Assembly (NCBI GenBank): GCA_963762565.1
Contig: CAVXLD010000007.1
Coordinates: 512,001 to 576,000 of the forward strand
From: an uncultured Verrucomicrobiae bacterium
GTDB taxonomy: Bacteria; Verrucomicrobiota; Verrucomicrobiia; Chthoniobacterales; JAFAMB01
Direction of reading: 5' to 3'
DNA: 64,000 nt
Below are positions 28,526 to 38,114 of the stretch, piece by piece; position 1 is the stretch's first letter, and each line of letters opens with the position of its first letter. Made by a program: the position numbers and the translations under genes. The notes under the pieces were generated by a model. The model worked only from the letters and a program-made list of their open reading frames with translations. It did not search any database and was not told the origin of the DNA.

Positions 28526-30028
28526 ATGAACTCAAAAAAGAGAACTTCAGTATGGGTAACGGCGATTGCGGGAGCTGCTCTTCTCGCGGGCGGTACCGCG
28601 GCCTCCAGCGCTAGCCCGGGGAATGACAACGCCCAAAAACCACCTCTTTCTATTAAGACCGACAATGCGCCGATTGATCGAGATCCGAAACTCGGTAATT
28701 CGTTTGCGCCAATCGTCCAAAAGGTGATTACGAGCGTGGTGCAGGTCGATGTCACCGGCAAATCAAACAACGCGAGGATGTTAGGCAACTCCGATTTGCA
28801 GGACCAGTTGCGGCGGTTCTTCGGCCGCGGATTCCAAATCCCGGACCAGCCCGAGACGCCGAATCAGAAGGCTCTGGGCTCAGGTGTCATCATCTCTGCA
28901 GACGGTTATATCCTGACCAATAATCATGTGGTCGAAGACAGCAAAACCATTCAAGTCACGCTAAATGACGGGCGAAAATTTTCCGCCAAGGTGATCGGTA
29001 CTGATCCCGAGACGGATGTCGCTCTGGTAAAGATCGATGCGACTAATCTGGAACCGATAACCCTGGCCGACAGCGATTCCGCTCAGGTGGGTGACGTCGT
29101 TCTGGCTGTCGGGGACCCATTCGGAATCGGCACCACCGTCACGGAAGGAATTATCAGTGCGAAGAATCGTACGCGGGTTACCAATGCTGAGGCGGACGAA
29201 GACTTCATTCAGACCGATGCGGCGATCAATCCTGGTAATTCAGGGGGAGCCCTGGTTGATATCGAAGGCCGGCTGATCGGAATCAACACTTCCATCTTGT
29301 CGCGCTCCGGCGGCAACCAAGGTATCGGTTTTGCCGTTCCTTCTAATCTTTGCCGTTGGGTAGCGGACAGCTTGATCACAAAGGGCAAGGTCGAGCGCGG
29401 CTTTCTTGGCGTACATATTCAGACCCTGACGCCGGAACTAGCAAAAGCATTTAAGTCCAACCGAGTCAGTGGCGCCGTAGTTACTGACGTGACTCCGAAC
29501 GGTGCCGCCGAACAGGCTGGGGTAAAAAGCGGCGATGTGGTTTTTGAGTTCAATAATAAGCCGATCGAGTCTGCTGAACAGTTAAAGCTGCAAGTGGCTG
29601 AAACGGCGCCGGGTAGTTCCATCCCGGTCCAAGTCGATCGCAACGGCCAGGTGATGAACCTGAATATAACACTGAAAGAACTGACCGCGGATGCCTTGGC
29701 TAAGAATGAACCGAATGCGAGCCGGGGCGATCATGATGCATTGAGCGGTGTCGAGGTGGCTAACCTCGATCGAGATGTTCGCGACGAACTCAAAGTTCCG
29801 AACGCGGTGAGAGGTGCTGTCATCACACAGATTGAGCCGTCTTCTGCCGCGTATGAAGCAGGCCTGCGAGAAAACGACGTGATTCTTGAGATCAATCGGC
29901 AGCCGATTCAATCAACTGAGGACTTTACCAAGGCGACTGGAGGTAAGGGTGGTAATGGCGAGACCCTGGTAAAGGTCTGGAGCCAGAACGGAGTTCACTA
30001 CGTAGCCGTTCAGGAAGGCAACGGCTAA
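28526..30028 (+). CDS. degP: DegP/HtrA (Do-family) serine protease with two PDZ domains
   Basis: LGSGVII, TNNHVV, TDVAL, QTDAAINPGNSGG, GIGFAVP, two PDZ domains. Confidence 0.95.
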   Translation: MNSKKRTSVWVTAIAGAALLAGGTAASSASPGNDNAQKPPLSIKTDNAPIDRDPKLGNSFAPIVQKVITSVVQVDVTGKSNNARMLGNSDLQDQLRRFFGRGFQIPDQPETPNQKALGSGVIISADGYILTNNHVVEDSKTIQVTLNDGRKFSAKVIGTDPETDVALVKIDATNLEPITLADSDSAQVGDVVLAVGDPFGIGTTVTEGIISAKNRTRVTNAEADEDFIQTDAAINPGNSGGALVDIEGRLIGINTSILSRSGGNQGIGFAVPSNLCRWVADSLITKGKVERGFLGVHIQTLTPELAKAFKSNRVSGAVVTDVTPNGAAEQAGVKSGDVVFEFNNKPIESAEQLKLQVAETAPGSSIPVQVDRNGQVMNLNITLKELTADALAKNEPNASRGDHDALSGVEVANLDRDVRDELKVPNAVRGAVITQIEPSSAAYEAGLRENDVILEINRQPIQSTEDFTKATGGKGGNGETLVKVWSQNGVHYVAVQEGNG

Positions 30029-30056
30029 CCGAGAGTCAGAGTAGACCAAACTGAGG

Positions 30057-30087
30057 CCCGCACGGCGAAAGCCGTGCGGGTTTTTTT
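30057..30087 (+). terminator. Rho-independent terminator
   Basis: cccgcacggc-gaaa-gccgtgcggg followed by T7, downstream of degP. Confidence 0.88.
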
Positions 30088-30103
30088 GTGGGTGGGGTAG
30101 GAA

Positions 30104-30885
30104 CGGTAGGGCGAAAATCTCGGCGCGCCCTGGATTGGCCATTCAAGTTAGGCGTATCCGCGCCGGATTTGAGCCGCGGCGTGCGGATGGCGTCTCCCAT
30201 GAATTCTGACGTTCCTAATCTGCCCGTTCTGAGATGACACGTGAATTCAAGGCCAGCAATGATAACGCTGAAACACTTCGCCTCGGTAGGGCCAATCCTC
30301 GATTCTGTCTACGAGTCCTGCTTTGACCGGGTTCTCATCCATGTAGGTTCGCTTCTCATTGTAATCCTCATAACAACGAATGCGGTGATGAAACGATCCT
30401 GCTTGCCAGCGCAATTCCGGGTCCTTCAAGATGCGTGCAACTCCGCGTTTCCAAACTGTTACCCAGTCGTCTAAGGGCAATGGCTGTTCTCCGGGCTCGG
30501 CGAAGAAGTGTACATGATTGGGCATAATCACGTACGGACTGACGATCCAGTGTGCGTGTCGGAGCCACGCCGCACGAAGAGCTGCATGGACTTGGGCATT
30601 TGCTAGCAATCGTTTTCGTCCCTTGGTGCAGACCGTGGTAAACACCAAAGTTGGGACCGAGTCTAATTCTAAGACCCCTCGAGCTGGGTGTTTTCGACGA
30701 TGATATAACACAAAGATATTATATGTTGTAACTGTTAGCAGCGTCAAAAGCAAATGAAGCCGCGGGCTTTTCCAAAAGGACCACGCCCTGGGCGAAACCA
30801 CCCGCACGGCGCGGCTCAAATCCGGCGCGGAACCAACGAAAAGGGCGTAGCACGTCCAGGGCGCGCCGAGATTTTCGCCCTACCG
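30104..30885. mobile_element. RAYT locus flanked by inverted GTAG-type REP ends
   Basis: Perfect 31-bp inverted repeat 30104-30134 / 30855-30885 (cggtagggcgaaaatctcggcgcgccctgga). Second near-perfect inverted repeat 30157-30190 / 30798-30831. Confidence 0.88.
30247..30711 (-). CDS. rayT: REP-associated tyrosine transposase (RAYT, Y1/HUH)
   Basis: FTTVCT..R, YVIMPNHVHF (HUH), WQ..SFHHRIR, YMDENPVKAGLV, DWPY. Probable GTG start at 30711. Confidence 0.9.
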   Translation of the reverse strand: MLYHRRKHPARGVLELDSVPTLVFTTVCTKGRKRLLANAQVHAALRAAWLRHAHWIVSPYVIMPNHVHFFAEPGEQPLPLDDWVTVWKRGVARILKDPELRWQAGSFHHRIRCYEDYNEKRTYMDENPVKAGLVDRIEDWPYRGEVFQRYHCWP

Positions 30886-30932
30886 GCCCCCTGCGCTCCA
30901 CCCGCTCCGGCGGCCGTTCTTAAAAATCCATC

Positions 30933-30960
30933 CCTTTCACGCTTGTAATGTTCAGGCAAG
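30933..30960 (+). promoter_or_regulatory. Conserved upstream motif of degP copy 2
   Basis: CCTTTCACGCTTGTAATGTTCAGGCAAG, matching 28453-28480. Confidence 0.7.
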
Positions 30961-31005
30961 CAGCTTGAAACCTGGGATGAGCAGAGTGAGAGACAGACAC
31001 AAACC

Positions 31006-32517
31006 ATGAAATCGAAAGATCGAAGTTTAGGGTGGATGATGGCGGTGGCGGGAGTTGGCATTCTCGCGAGCGGCACCGCTGTTTTCAGCGCTGTAACCGG
31101 CAACGACCAAAAGCCGCCGCTCAACCTGAAATACGACAATACAGCGATCAACCGGGACACGACGCCGGGACATTCCTTTGCCCCGATCGTCCAAAAGGTA
31201 ACGCCAAGTGTGGTGCAGGTGTATGTCACTACCAAGACGGGTACCGGAAATTTTGGGATGGGGAATCAGGATCTGCAGGATCAACTGCGCCGCTTCTTCG
31301 GACGGCAATTCCCGCAAATGCCGGAGCAACAAAGCCCCGGTGAGAAGGCGCTCGGGTCCGGTATCGTTATTTCGTCGGACGGATATATCTTGACCAACAA
31401 TCACGTCGTCCAGAATGCCCGCACGATTCAGGTCAAGTTGACCGATGGGCGGACATTCAGCGGTAAGGTAATCGGAACCGATCCGGAGACCGATGTGGCT
31501 TTGGTAAAGATTGACGCGGACAACCTCCAGCCGATCACGTTCGCGGATAGCGATCAGGCTCAGGTCGGCGACGTGGTGCTAGCTGTTGGTGATCCGTTCG
31601 GGATCGGTCAAACTGTTACCGAAGGCATTATCAGTGCGAAAAATCGGCAAGGTGTATCGGATGACAGCTCTTCCGATGAGTCCTTCATTCAGACCGATGC
31701 AGCCATCAATCCCGGTAATTCCGGTGGACCGTTGATCGACACGGATGGCCGGCTGGTAGGAATGAATACCGCAATCCTGTCGCGGTCAGGCGGTAACCAG
31801 GGAATCGGATTTGCCGTTCCTTCGGACCTCTGCCGTTGGGTAGCGGATAGCCTAATTAAGAACGGTAAAGTCGAGCGCGGTATGCTCGGAGTAGTGATTC
31901 AGAACCTGTCGCCTGAGCTTGCTAAAGCCATGAATAGTCACCGCACCAGTGGCGCTCTGGTCTCTGAGGTGACGCCTGGCACCCCCGCTGACAAAGCGGG
32001 CATTAAGAGCGGCGACGTTGTGACCCAATTCGATAACAAACCGGTCGACGACGAAAACAGTCTGAAACTGATGGTGGCAGAAACTGCGCCAGGTAAATCG
32101 GTTCCGATTCAAGTCGATCGTAACGGACAGACTCTGAATCTGAGCGTGACGTTAGAATCACTCTCTGCGAAGACCACCCTGGCCAAGAACGAGCCGAACT
32201 CGAATGGGAATGAACCGCAAGGCGACGCTTTGCATGGCGTCGGCGTGCAAGACTTGGATCGTCAAACTCGGGAGGAGCTAAATATCCCGGCCAATGTTCA
32301 CGGCGCGTTGATCACCCAAGTAGATCCTTCGTCTCCAAGCGGTGAGGCCGGACTCCGCGAAGGTGACGTGATCGAAGAGATTAATCATCAGCCCGTCCGA
32401 AATGCGGAAGACGCTGATCGGTTAACCGAAGGCAAGGGCGGCACGGGTGAGACGCTAGTCAAGATCTGGAATCAAAACGGCAGCCACTACGTTGCCGTCC
32501 AGGAAGGGAATGGCTAA
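31006..32517 (+). CDS. degP: DegP/HtrA serine protease, tandem paralog
   Basis: Same motifs as 28526..30028, identical C-terminus HYVAVQEGNG. Confidence 0.95.
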   Translation: MKSKDRSLGWMMAVAGVGILASGTAVFSAVTGNDQKPPLNLKYDNTAINRDTTPGHSFAPIVQKVTPSVVQVYVTTKTGTGNFGMGNQDLQDQLRRFFGRQFPQMPEQQSPGEKALGSGIVISSDGYILTNNHVVQNARTIQVKLTDGRTFSGKVIGTDPETDVALVKIDADNLQPITFADSDQAQVGDVVLAVGDPFGIGQTVTEGIISAKNRQGVSDDSSSDESFIQTDAAINPGNSGGPLIDTDGRLVGMNTAILSRSGGNQGIGFAVPSDLCRWVADSLIKNGKVERGMLGVVIQNLSPELAKAMNSHRTSGALVSEVTPGTPADKAGIKSGDVVTQFDNKPVDDENSLKLMVAETAPGKSVPIQVDRNGQTLNLSVTLESLSAKTTLAKNEPNSNGNEPQGDALHGVGVQDLDRQTREELNIPANVHGALITQVDPSSPSGEAGLREGDVIEEINHQPVRNAEDADRLTEGKGGTGETLVKIWNQNGSHYVAVQEGNG

Positions 32518-32546
32518 CAGAGGAGCCTGTTAAAGTGGTAGCAGCA

Positions 32547-32584
32547 ACGCCCGCATGGTTTGGAGACCGTGCGGGCGTCTTGTT
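32547..32584 (+). terminator. Probable terminator hairpin
   Basis: acgcccgcatggt-ttggag-accgtgcgggcgt followed by cttgtt. Stem resembles that after degP copy 1. Confidence 0.55.
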
Positions 32585-32801
32585 GCGAATGGGGGCGAAT
32601 GGGCGAGACGGCGAATGGGCGTATAGGCGAAGGGGCGACGCCGAGAAAAAGCGATGGGACGGTAATAAGCTTCGAAAGCGCTGATAAGCATTTAGTTCGG
32701 CAGCCGCCGGATTAGGCCCAAGGATTATGCAAGTAACAGGAACCAGTACCGAAGGCCCAAGAGAAATCGCCGTTTCGCCGATTCGCCCATTCGCCGTTTC
32801 G
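32585..32801. repeat. 8-mer GGCGAATG-armed element
   Basis: ggcgaatgggcgagacggcgaatgggcgtataggcgaa ... tcgccgtttcgccgattcgcccattcgccgtttcgc. Confidence 0.8.
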
Positions 32802-32846
32802 CAAACGACGCTCGCGCAAACCCCCGAACTCGCGCAAATTACAACT

Positions 32847-33521
32847 ATGCGAGTCCTGGTCGTCGAAGATGACGAGAAGATCGCCTCTTTTGTTGTCAAA
32901 GGCCTAAAACAGAATGGGTACGCGGTGGATCACGCCGCGGATGGTGAGTATGGCTTGGACTTGGCGACTGCTATCACCTACGACCTGCTCGTTCTGGATC
33001 TGATGTTGCCCAAATTGGATGGGCTTTCCTTGTTACGCCGGTTACGCCAGGAAAAGAGCCGCACACCGGTCCTGATCCTAAGCGCCCGGGCGAATGTTGA
33101 CGATCGCGTCCGCGGATTGCAGGCTGGCGCAGACGATTATCTCACCAAGCCCTTCGCTTTTTCGGAGTTATTAGCCCGGGTGCAAGCTCTGATCAGGCGG
33201 GCTAGCCAGGCCGTTGAACAGACCCAACTAACCGTGGCCGACCTTTCGATGAATGTGATCACGCGGGACGTAACCCGTGGCGGCCAGAGAATTGAATTAC
33301 ATCCTCGCGAATACTCGCTCCTCGAGTTCTTGCTCCGGCACGCAGGTCGTCCGGTTACCAAGACGATGATCCTGGAACATATCTGGGATTTTCATTTCGA
33401 TCCCCAGACCAACGTCGTTGATGTTTTGGTTCACCGGTTACGCGCCAAGATTGATAAGAATTTTCCGCTTAAACTCATTCAAACCATTCGAGGCGTTGGT
33501 TATGTGGTTAAAGCGAGTTGA
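32847..33521 (+). CDS. OmpR-family (CusR/CzcR-like) response regulator
   Basis: [50 protein letters not shown]. Confidence 0.95.
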   Translation: MRVLVVEDDEKIASFVVKGLKQNGYAVDHAADGEYGLDLATAITYDLLVLDLMLPKLDGLSLLRRLRQEKSRTPVLILSARANVDDRVRGLQAGADDYLTKPFAFSELLARVQALIRRASQAVEQTQLTVADLSMNVITRDVTRGGQRIELHPREYSLLEFLLRHAGRPVTKTMILEHIWDFHFDPQTNVVDVLVHRLRAKIDKNFPLKLIQTIRGVGYVVKAS

Positions 33522-35043
33522 ATCGATTTCGACCGATTCGGCCTCGCAAGCGAGGCACGCTCCAGTGTCTGCGGGAGTATGGCGCGACAGGCGGCTTTGG
33601 CACAGCTTCACTGTCCGGCTGAGTTTTTACTATGCCAGCGCGTTTGTGATCAGCGCTGCCCTCCTCTTCGCGCTCCTGTACTTTCTTCAGGCGACGTTAT
33701 TCGATTGGCGCGAACGGGATCCCATCGATAAGTTTTTGAAGCAATGCGTTGTTGCTTATCAACAACACGGATCAGAGGGACTGATGAACGCCGTCAAGAC
33801 GCAGGGGGCAGACCCGAGCGAGGGCCCGTTCTTTGTCAGCGTCATTTTCCGAAAGGGCGCGACACTCTACTTAAAAGAACCAACGGATTGGTTTAAACTC
33901 CCGAACCTGACCTCAGTTCTGGAGCACACCCAACAGAATGGCGGTTGGAGCCGGCTACCGGCCGATGAACGGAGCGAATATGTGTTGGAAAGCGCCCGGT
34001 TGTCGGACGGCCCGGTTTTAGTAGTGGGCCGCAAAATTTATCGCAGCGAAACCTTAACCGGCCCATTTGTTACGGCAGCGCTGATCCTGTTGGTGCCGAC
34101 TCTCTTGCTCGCAATCGCTGCCGGTGCGGTGTTTGCCCACCGGGCCACCGCTCCAGTGAGGCAAATGTTGCAGACAGCGCGCTCGATTATCAACACGGGG
34201 AACCTGGCTGAGCGAGTGCCGGAAACCCAAGAGCAAGACGAGTTAGCGGAACTGGCCCGCCAATTTAACCGGGTGTTGGAACAGAATCAGCGGCTGATCC
34301 GCGGCATGCGGGAAGCACTCGACAACGTAGCCCATGATCTGCGTTCGCCCCTGACTCGGCTGCGTGCCTCGGCTGAACTGGCACTGGAGGCGGACACGTC
34401 TGAATCCGCGCGGGACGCTTTGGCTGACTCGATAGAGGAATCAGATCGGGTGTTAACCATGTTGAATACTCTCATGGATGTTACCGAAGCCGAAAACGGA
34501 ATGATGCGCTTGAATCTGGAGCGCTGTTCCATCAGCTCACTGTTGGAAGAAGTAACCGATCTTTATCAGCTCGTTGCTGAGGAGAAGTCGATCCAGATCA
34601 AGAATCTGTTCATCAGTCCCGGATATGTGGAGGTGGATCCAAATCGAATGCGTCAAGCGTTTGCCAACCTGGTGGATAATGCCGTTAAATACACGCCCAA
34701 CGGCGGATTGGTGGAGATTGAATGCAACACAAAGGACGGCCAAGTTCTCGTAACGATTCGTGATAATGGGATCGGTATTCCACCGGCAGAACAAAACCGC
34801 ATTTGGGAGCGGCTTTACCGCGGTGACGCCAGCCGGTCGCAACGCGGTCTTGGCCTGGGATTGAGCCTCGTAAAAGCGGTGGTGGAAGCTCACTCCGGGA
34901 CTATCGCGCTCAAGAGCGAACCAGGGAAAGGCTCGGAGTTTACGGTCAGGCTGGCGGCAGTCCCGGCAGCGCTGGCCGGGATGGTCGCCGCTGGGAACGG
35001 GGTCGAGGTGAGGAGTGGCGCGAAAGTAAGCAGTAAGCAGTGA
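33502..35043 (+). CDS. HAMP-containing sensor histidine kinase
   Basis: Two TMs, [38 protein letters not shown]. Stop codon lies in the AGT(A/G)AGC array. Confidence 0.93.
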   Translation: MWLKRVESISTDSASQARHAPVSAGVWRDRRLWHSFTVRLSFYYASAFVISAALLFALLYFLQATLFDWRERDPIDKFLKQCVVAYQQHGSEGLMNAVKTQGADPSEGPFFVSVIFRKGATLYLKEPTDWFKLPNLTSVLEHTQQNGGWSRLPADERSEYVLESARLSDGPVLVVGRKIYRSETLTGPFVTAALILLVPTLLLAIAAGAVFAHRATAPVRQMLQTARSIINTGNLAERVPETQEQDELAELARQFNRVLEQNQRLIRGMREALDNVAHDLRSPLTRLRASAELALEADTSESARDALADSIEESDRVLTMLNTLMDVTEAENGMMRLNLERCSISSLLEEVTDLYQLVAEEKSIQIKNLFISPGYVEVDPNRMRQAFANLVDNAVKYTPNGGLVEIECNTKDGQVLVTIRDNGIGIPPAEQNRIWERLYRGDASRSQRGLGLGLSLVKAVVEAHSGTIALKSEPGKGSEFTVRLAAVPAALAGMVAAGNGVEVRSGAKVSSKQ

Positions 35044-35140
35044 GCAGTGAGCAGTGAGCAGTAATCAGTGTGTCAGTAATCAGTAAAGACGACTATGTCG
35101 TGACCGGTTTTGCCGGTACTGCTTACTGCTTACTGCTTAC
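35025..35140. repeat. T(A/G)AGCAG heptamer-armed element between convergent genes
   Basis: agtaagcagtaagcagtgagcagtgagcagtgagcagtaatcagt ... tactgcttactgcttactgcttac. Confidence 0.85.
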
Positions 35141-35164
35141 CGATTCTGCGCCACCTCTTACGTC

Positions 35165-36202
35165 TCACTTTTCGTTCTCGGTCTCGCCACGCCTGATTTC
35201 CTGGAACATGTGCGCCGCTGAATCGCCGTCGATCAGGAGGCCGTTCACGAAGCCCGTTTTCAGGATTCCTTGAGCGGGTCTCAGTTTGCTGCGTCCGCCG
35301 GCGAGCAAGATAACCTCATGCTTTCTGAGGGCTTCTAGATCGATCGCTAAAGTTCGATCGTTAAGTTCAGAGGGCACTACCTCGCCTTTGGCATTAAAGA
35401 ATTTGCCCATCGTATCGCCCACGGCGCCTGCTTTCCGGAGCTCACTGAGCTCTAACGCGGATAGGTAACGGTTCTCGAACAGAAACGCGCGTTCATCGCA
35501 TTCGCCAACGCTAATCAGATAGAAATCGGCTTTCTCAGCCAGCGCTAAGGTTTCTTGAACGATTCTCTGAGACATCAGAATCTGGCGGTCAGCAACCGTG
35601 TTAGCGATAAATGGCACCGGGAGAAAATGACCTTCACCGCCAGTTTTAGCGGCTAGGTGATGGACAACCTCGAACAGGTTTGCAGCCAGGTTCCGGGTTA
35701 ACGACCCCATAACCGAGACGAATCTAGCCTGTGGCCGGCGCATCGCGGGAAGGAGTCTGGCAATCTCTGCGGTAGTACGTCCCCAGCCAACGCCGATGAT
35801 GCATTCCTCATCCACCTGCATTCGTTCCCGTAGTAAATCCACAGCCACCATGGCTACTGCCCGGCGCGCGATTGGACCTTCGTCAGCCAGCTTTGCCGGA
35901 GGCAGCATTTTCGCCGGATGTTCCACCGAGTCCGAGAGAAGAGGCGGAGTGGCTCGACAAAAATCCAGTCCATAATGTCGGCGAATGGTTTCTTCGACTT
36001 CAGCCATCGGTCCGAACCGATGTTCAATGGAGATTTTGACGATACCGGCTTCGCGGGCCTCGGCTAATAGCCTGGCGACTTTAACTCTGGAAACCCCGAG
36101 GATTTCTGCGGTTTGTTCCTGGGTATTGCCACCGACATAGTAAAGCCAGGCGGCTCTGACGAGTTGATCGGACTCAGTGGTGATAGGTTCGGAGGGGTGC
36201 AT
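35165..36202 (-). CDS. SorC/DeoR-type sugar-binding transcriptional regulator
   Basis: AAWLYY..G.TQ...A..LGVSRVKV.RLL, IGVGWGRT, GAVGD..G.FF. Confidence 0.93.
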   Translation of the reverse strand: MHPSEPITTESDQLVRAAWLYYVGGNTQEQTAEILGVSRVKVARLLAEAREAGIVKISIEHRFGPMAEVEETIRRHYGLDFCRATPPLLSDSVEHPAKMLPPAKLADEGPIARRAVAMVAVDLLRERMQVDEECIIGVGWGRTTAEIARLLPAMRRPQARFVSVMGSLTRNLAANLFEVVHHLAAKTGGEGHFLPVPFIANTVADRQILMSQRIVQETLALAEKADFYLISVGECDERAFLFENRYLSALELSELRKAGAVGDTMGKFFNAKGEVVPSELNDRTLAIDLEALRKHEVILLAGGRSKLRPAQGILKTGFVNGLLIDGDSAAHMFQEIRRGETENEK

Positions 36203-36276
36203 CAAAAGAAGGCGGCTAACGGAACAAAAATCGATTCACGCACCTGTTCGTCAAGTGCGAATAACTACCGAAGCTC

Positions 36277-36951
36277 CACAGAAGATCACAAAGGTCACAA
36301 AGAACTGATGTGATTCCGCTACTGTCCTATGGGCCGCCTATCGACTGCGGTCCTCAAAGCGTCATGCGAACAATTCCGTCTTTGAGCATGATTTCATGAA
36401 AATTGAACAGAAGGCCTAATGGCGTGTTCAATAACTTCATGTAACTGAGAAGCTGGGCCTTGTGGACGGGCAGGATTTCTTCAACGACTTTGAACTCCAG
36501 GATCAAGACATCGTCGACTAAAAAATCGAGCCGAAGCGGTTCCTCAAAAACGTGCCCTTTGTACTCGATCGGAACGAGCAATTCGCGTCGAACCGGAATC
36601 GACCTCAGATCACATTCCCTCTGGAAACACTTGCTGTAGATACTCTCGATCAGTCCCGGACCCTTGATGCGATGGACCTCGATTGCTGCTCCGATCACCA
36701 GATGACTCCACGCGTTCGCGCGTTCTCTTGCTTCTTTTGTTTGATCAGGTTCCATATAGACAGAACAAATAGTAAAGAAGTTATATATACTGATAATGAA
36801 TGTTATGACAAGCTGTTTTGTTCTGATCGGTAGGCCTTGCGGGAAGACTAGCGACCCGACAGAAAACTCCAGGACTCGACTGCAACGACGTCAGTGATGC
36901 GCCTCCGGCCAACCCTTCCTAGGTCTTTGTGACCTTTGTGATCTTCTGTTA
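36277..36951. mobile_element. Second putative GxxExxY element with 9-mer CACAAAG inverted arms
   Basis: acagaagatcacaaaggtcacaaaga (~36278-36303) and tctttgtgacctttgtgatcttctgt (~36924-36949) form a perfect inverted repeat enclosing the gene. Confidence 0.7.
36354..36755 (-). CDS. GxxExxY protein (PD-(D/E)XK nuclease-like)
   Basis: GPGLIESIY, RLDFLVDD.LILEFK, HKAQLLSY. About 20 differences in 125 aligned aa versus 8842..9228 (manual count). Confidence 0.93.
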   Translation of the reverse strand: MEPDQTKEARERANAWSHLVIGAAIEVHRIKGPGLIESIYSKCFQRECDLRSIPVRRELLVPIEYKGHVFEEPLRLDFLVDDVLILEFKVVEEILPVHKAQLLSYMKLLNTPLGLLFNFHEIMLKDGIVRMTL

Positions 36952-37986
36952 AAATGCTTTCTGGTTTGCTTTCGTGGTGCTTTGCCGCACGGCAAGTTCC
37001 GGCTTCAGGACATGAAGGGTGCGATCGATGGGTTCTTGGTTGATCATCCGGAGAAGGGTCTGCACGCAGTATTCGCCTTCTGCGATAAAGTCGTGATGGA
37101 CGGTGGTGAGGGGAGGCTCGAAAAAACGGGACTCCGGCAGATCATCGTAACCGACAACGGAGACCTCATCCGGAACCCGGATATTGGCAGCATGTAAAGC
37201 CCTCAATGCGCCCAAAGCCATGTGATCGTTACAAGCAACGATCGCAGTGAATGAGGAATCGGAGCTTAGCAACTGTCGCGCAGCCTGATATCCGCTCTCC
37301 GTGCTCCAATCACCTTGGACCTGCGGCCCAAGTTTAAGGCCTGCCTTTTTTATGGTGTCAGCCCAGGCTTGATACCTTTCTTTTGCTGCCGGCCAGTCCG
37401 CTGGGCCGGTAATGCAGGCGATCCGCCGGTGACCCAACCTCAGCAAGTGTTCTGTAGCCAGCCGTACTCCATAAGATTGATCAACCACGACTGCCGGTAT
37501 CTGCCTAACGAGTCGGTTCCCGACCGATACGAAAGGGACGCCGCGGCAATGCGCTCGTACGGTGGCGATCCATCGTTCAAAACGAGCCCCAATCACCAGG
37601 CCGTCGACCTGATGTTCGCAAAGGTCGTCAATGGCGGCCAGCAGTTCAGATTCACCGGAACCTTCAACGCCGGCAAAAAGCAAATTGTAGCCCTGTCGCT
37701 TGGCCGTTTCCTCGATGCTAACCATGACCTGAGCGGGACCGTAGTGAGTGATATGGCTCCCAATCATTCCAATGAGACTTGATCTTCGGGTGGCCAAGTG
37801 GCGAGCCGCCAGGTTAGGGCGATAGTTCAATTCCGCGATCGCTTTAAGAACCCGAGCCCGCGTCTTTTCGGCAACGAACGGGCTGCCATTGACCACCCGA
37901 GAAACGGTTTGATAGGAGACATCACAACGAGCAGCCACATCATCCAGAGTGGCTTTCCGAGGATGAGCCCGAGCGATAGGTTTCAT
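36949..37986 (-). CDS. LacI family transcriptional regulator
   Basis: TLDDVA..C.VSYQTVSRVVN HTH, YRPN.AAR.L, NDHMALG, VSVVGYDD, PPLTTV. Confidence 0.95.
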   Translation of the reverse strand: MKPIARAHPRKATLDDVAARCDVSYQTVSRVVNGSPFVAEKTRARVLKAIAELNYRPNLAARHLATRRSSLIGMIGSHITHYGPAQVMVSIEETAKRQGYNLLFAGVEGSGESELLAAIDDLCEHQVDGLVIGARFERWIATVRAHCRGVPFVSVGNRLVRQIPAVVVDQSYGVRLATEHLLRLGHRRIACITGPADWPAAKERYQAWADTIKKAGLKLGPQVQGDWSTESGYQAARQLLSSDSSFTAIVACNDHMALGALRALHAANIRVPDEVSVVGYDDLPESRFFEPPLTTVHHDFIAEGEYCVQTLLRMINQEPIDRTLHVLKPELAVRQSTTKANQKAF

Positions 37987-38035
37987 TAGGCGACGCCTAT
38001 TTCTTAGAGCCACCTGAACGCCACGTCATCAAAAA

Positions 38036-38049
38036 TGTGGGCGTTCACA
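38036..38049. promoter_or_regulatory. lacO-like operator TGTGGGCGTTCACA
   Basis: 12/14 match to the symmetric lac operator core TGTGAGCGCTCACA. Lies between the divergent LacI gene (YQTVSR helix as in E. coli LacI) and the beta-galactosidase operon. Confidence 0.75.
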
Positions 38050-38114
38050 AAATACTTGCGTCCTGCCTCCTTTTGCATTGGATTGAAGCGCGCACCGCTT
38101 GTGCCAATCCCCCT

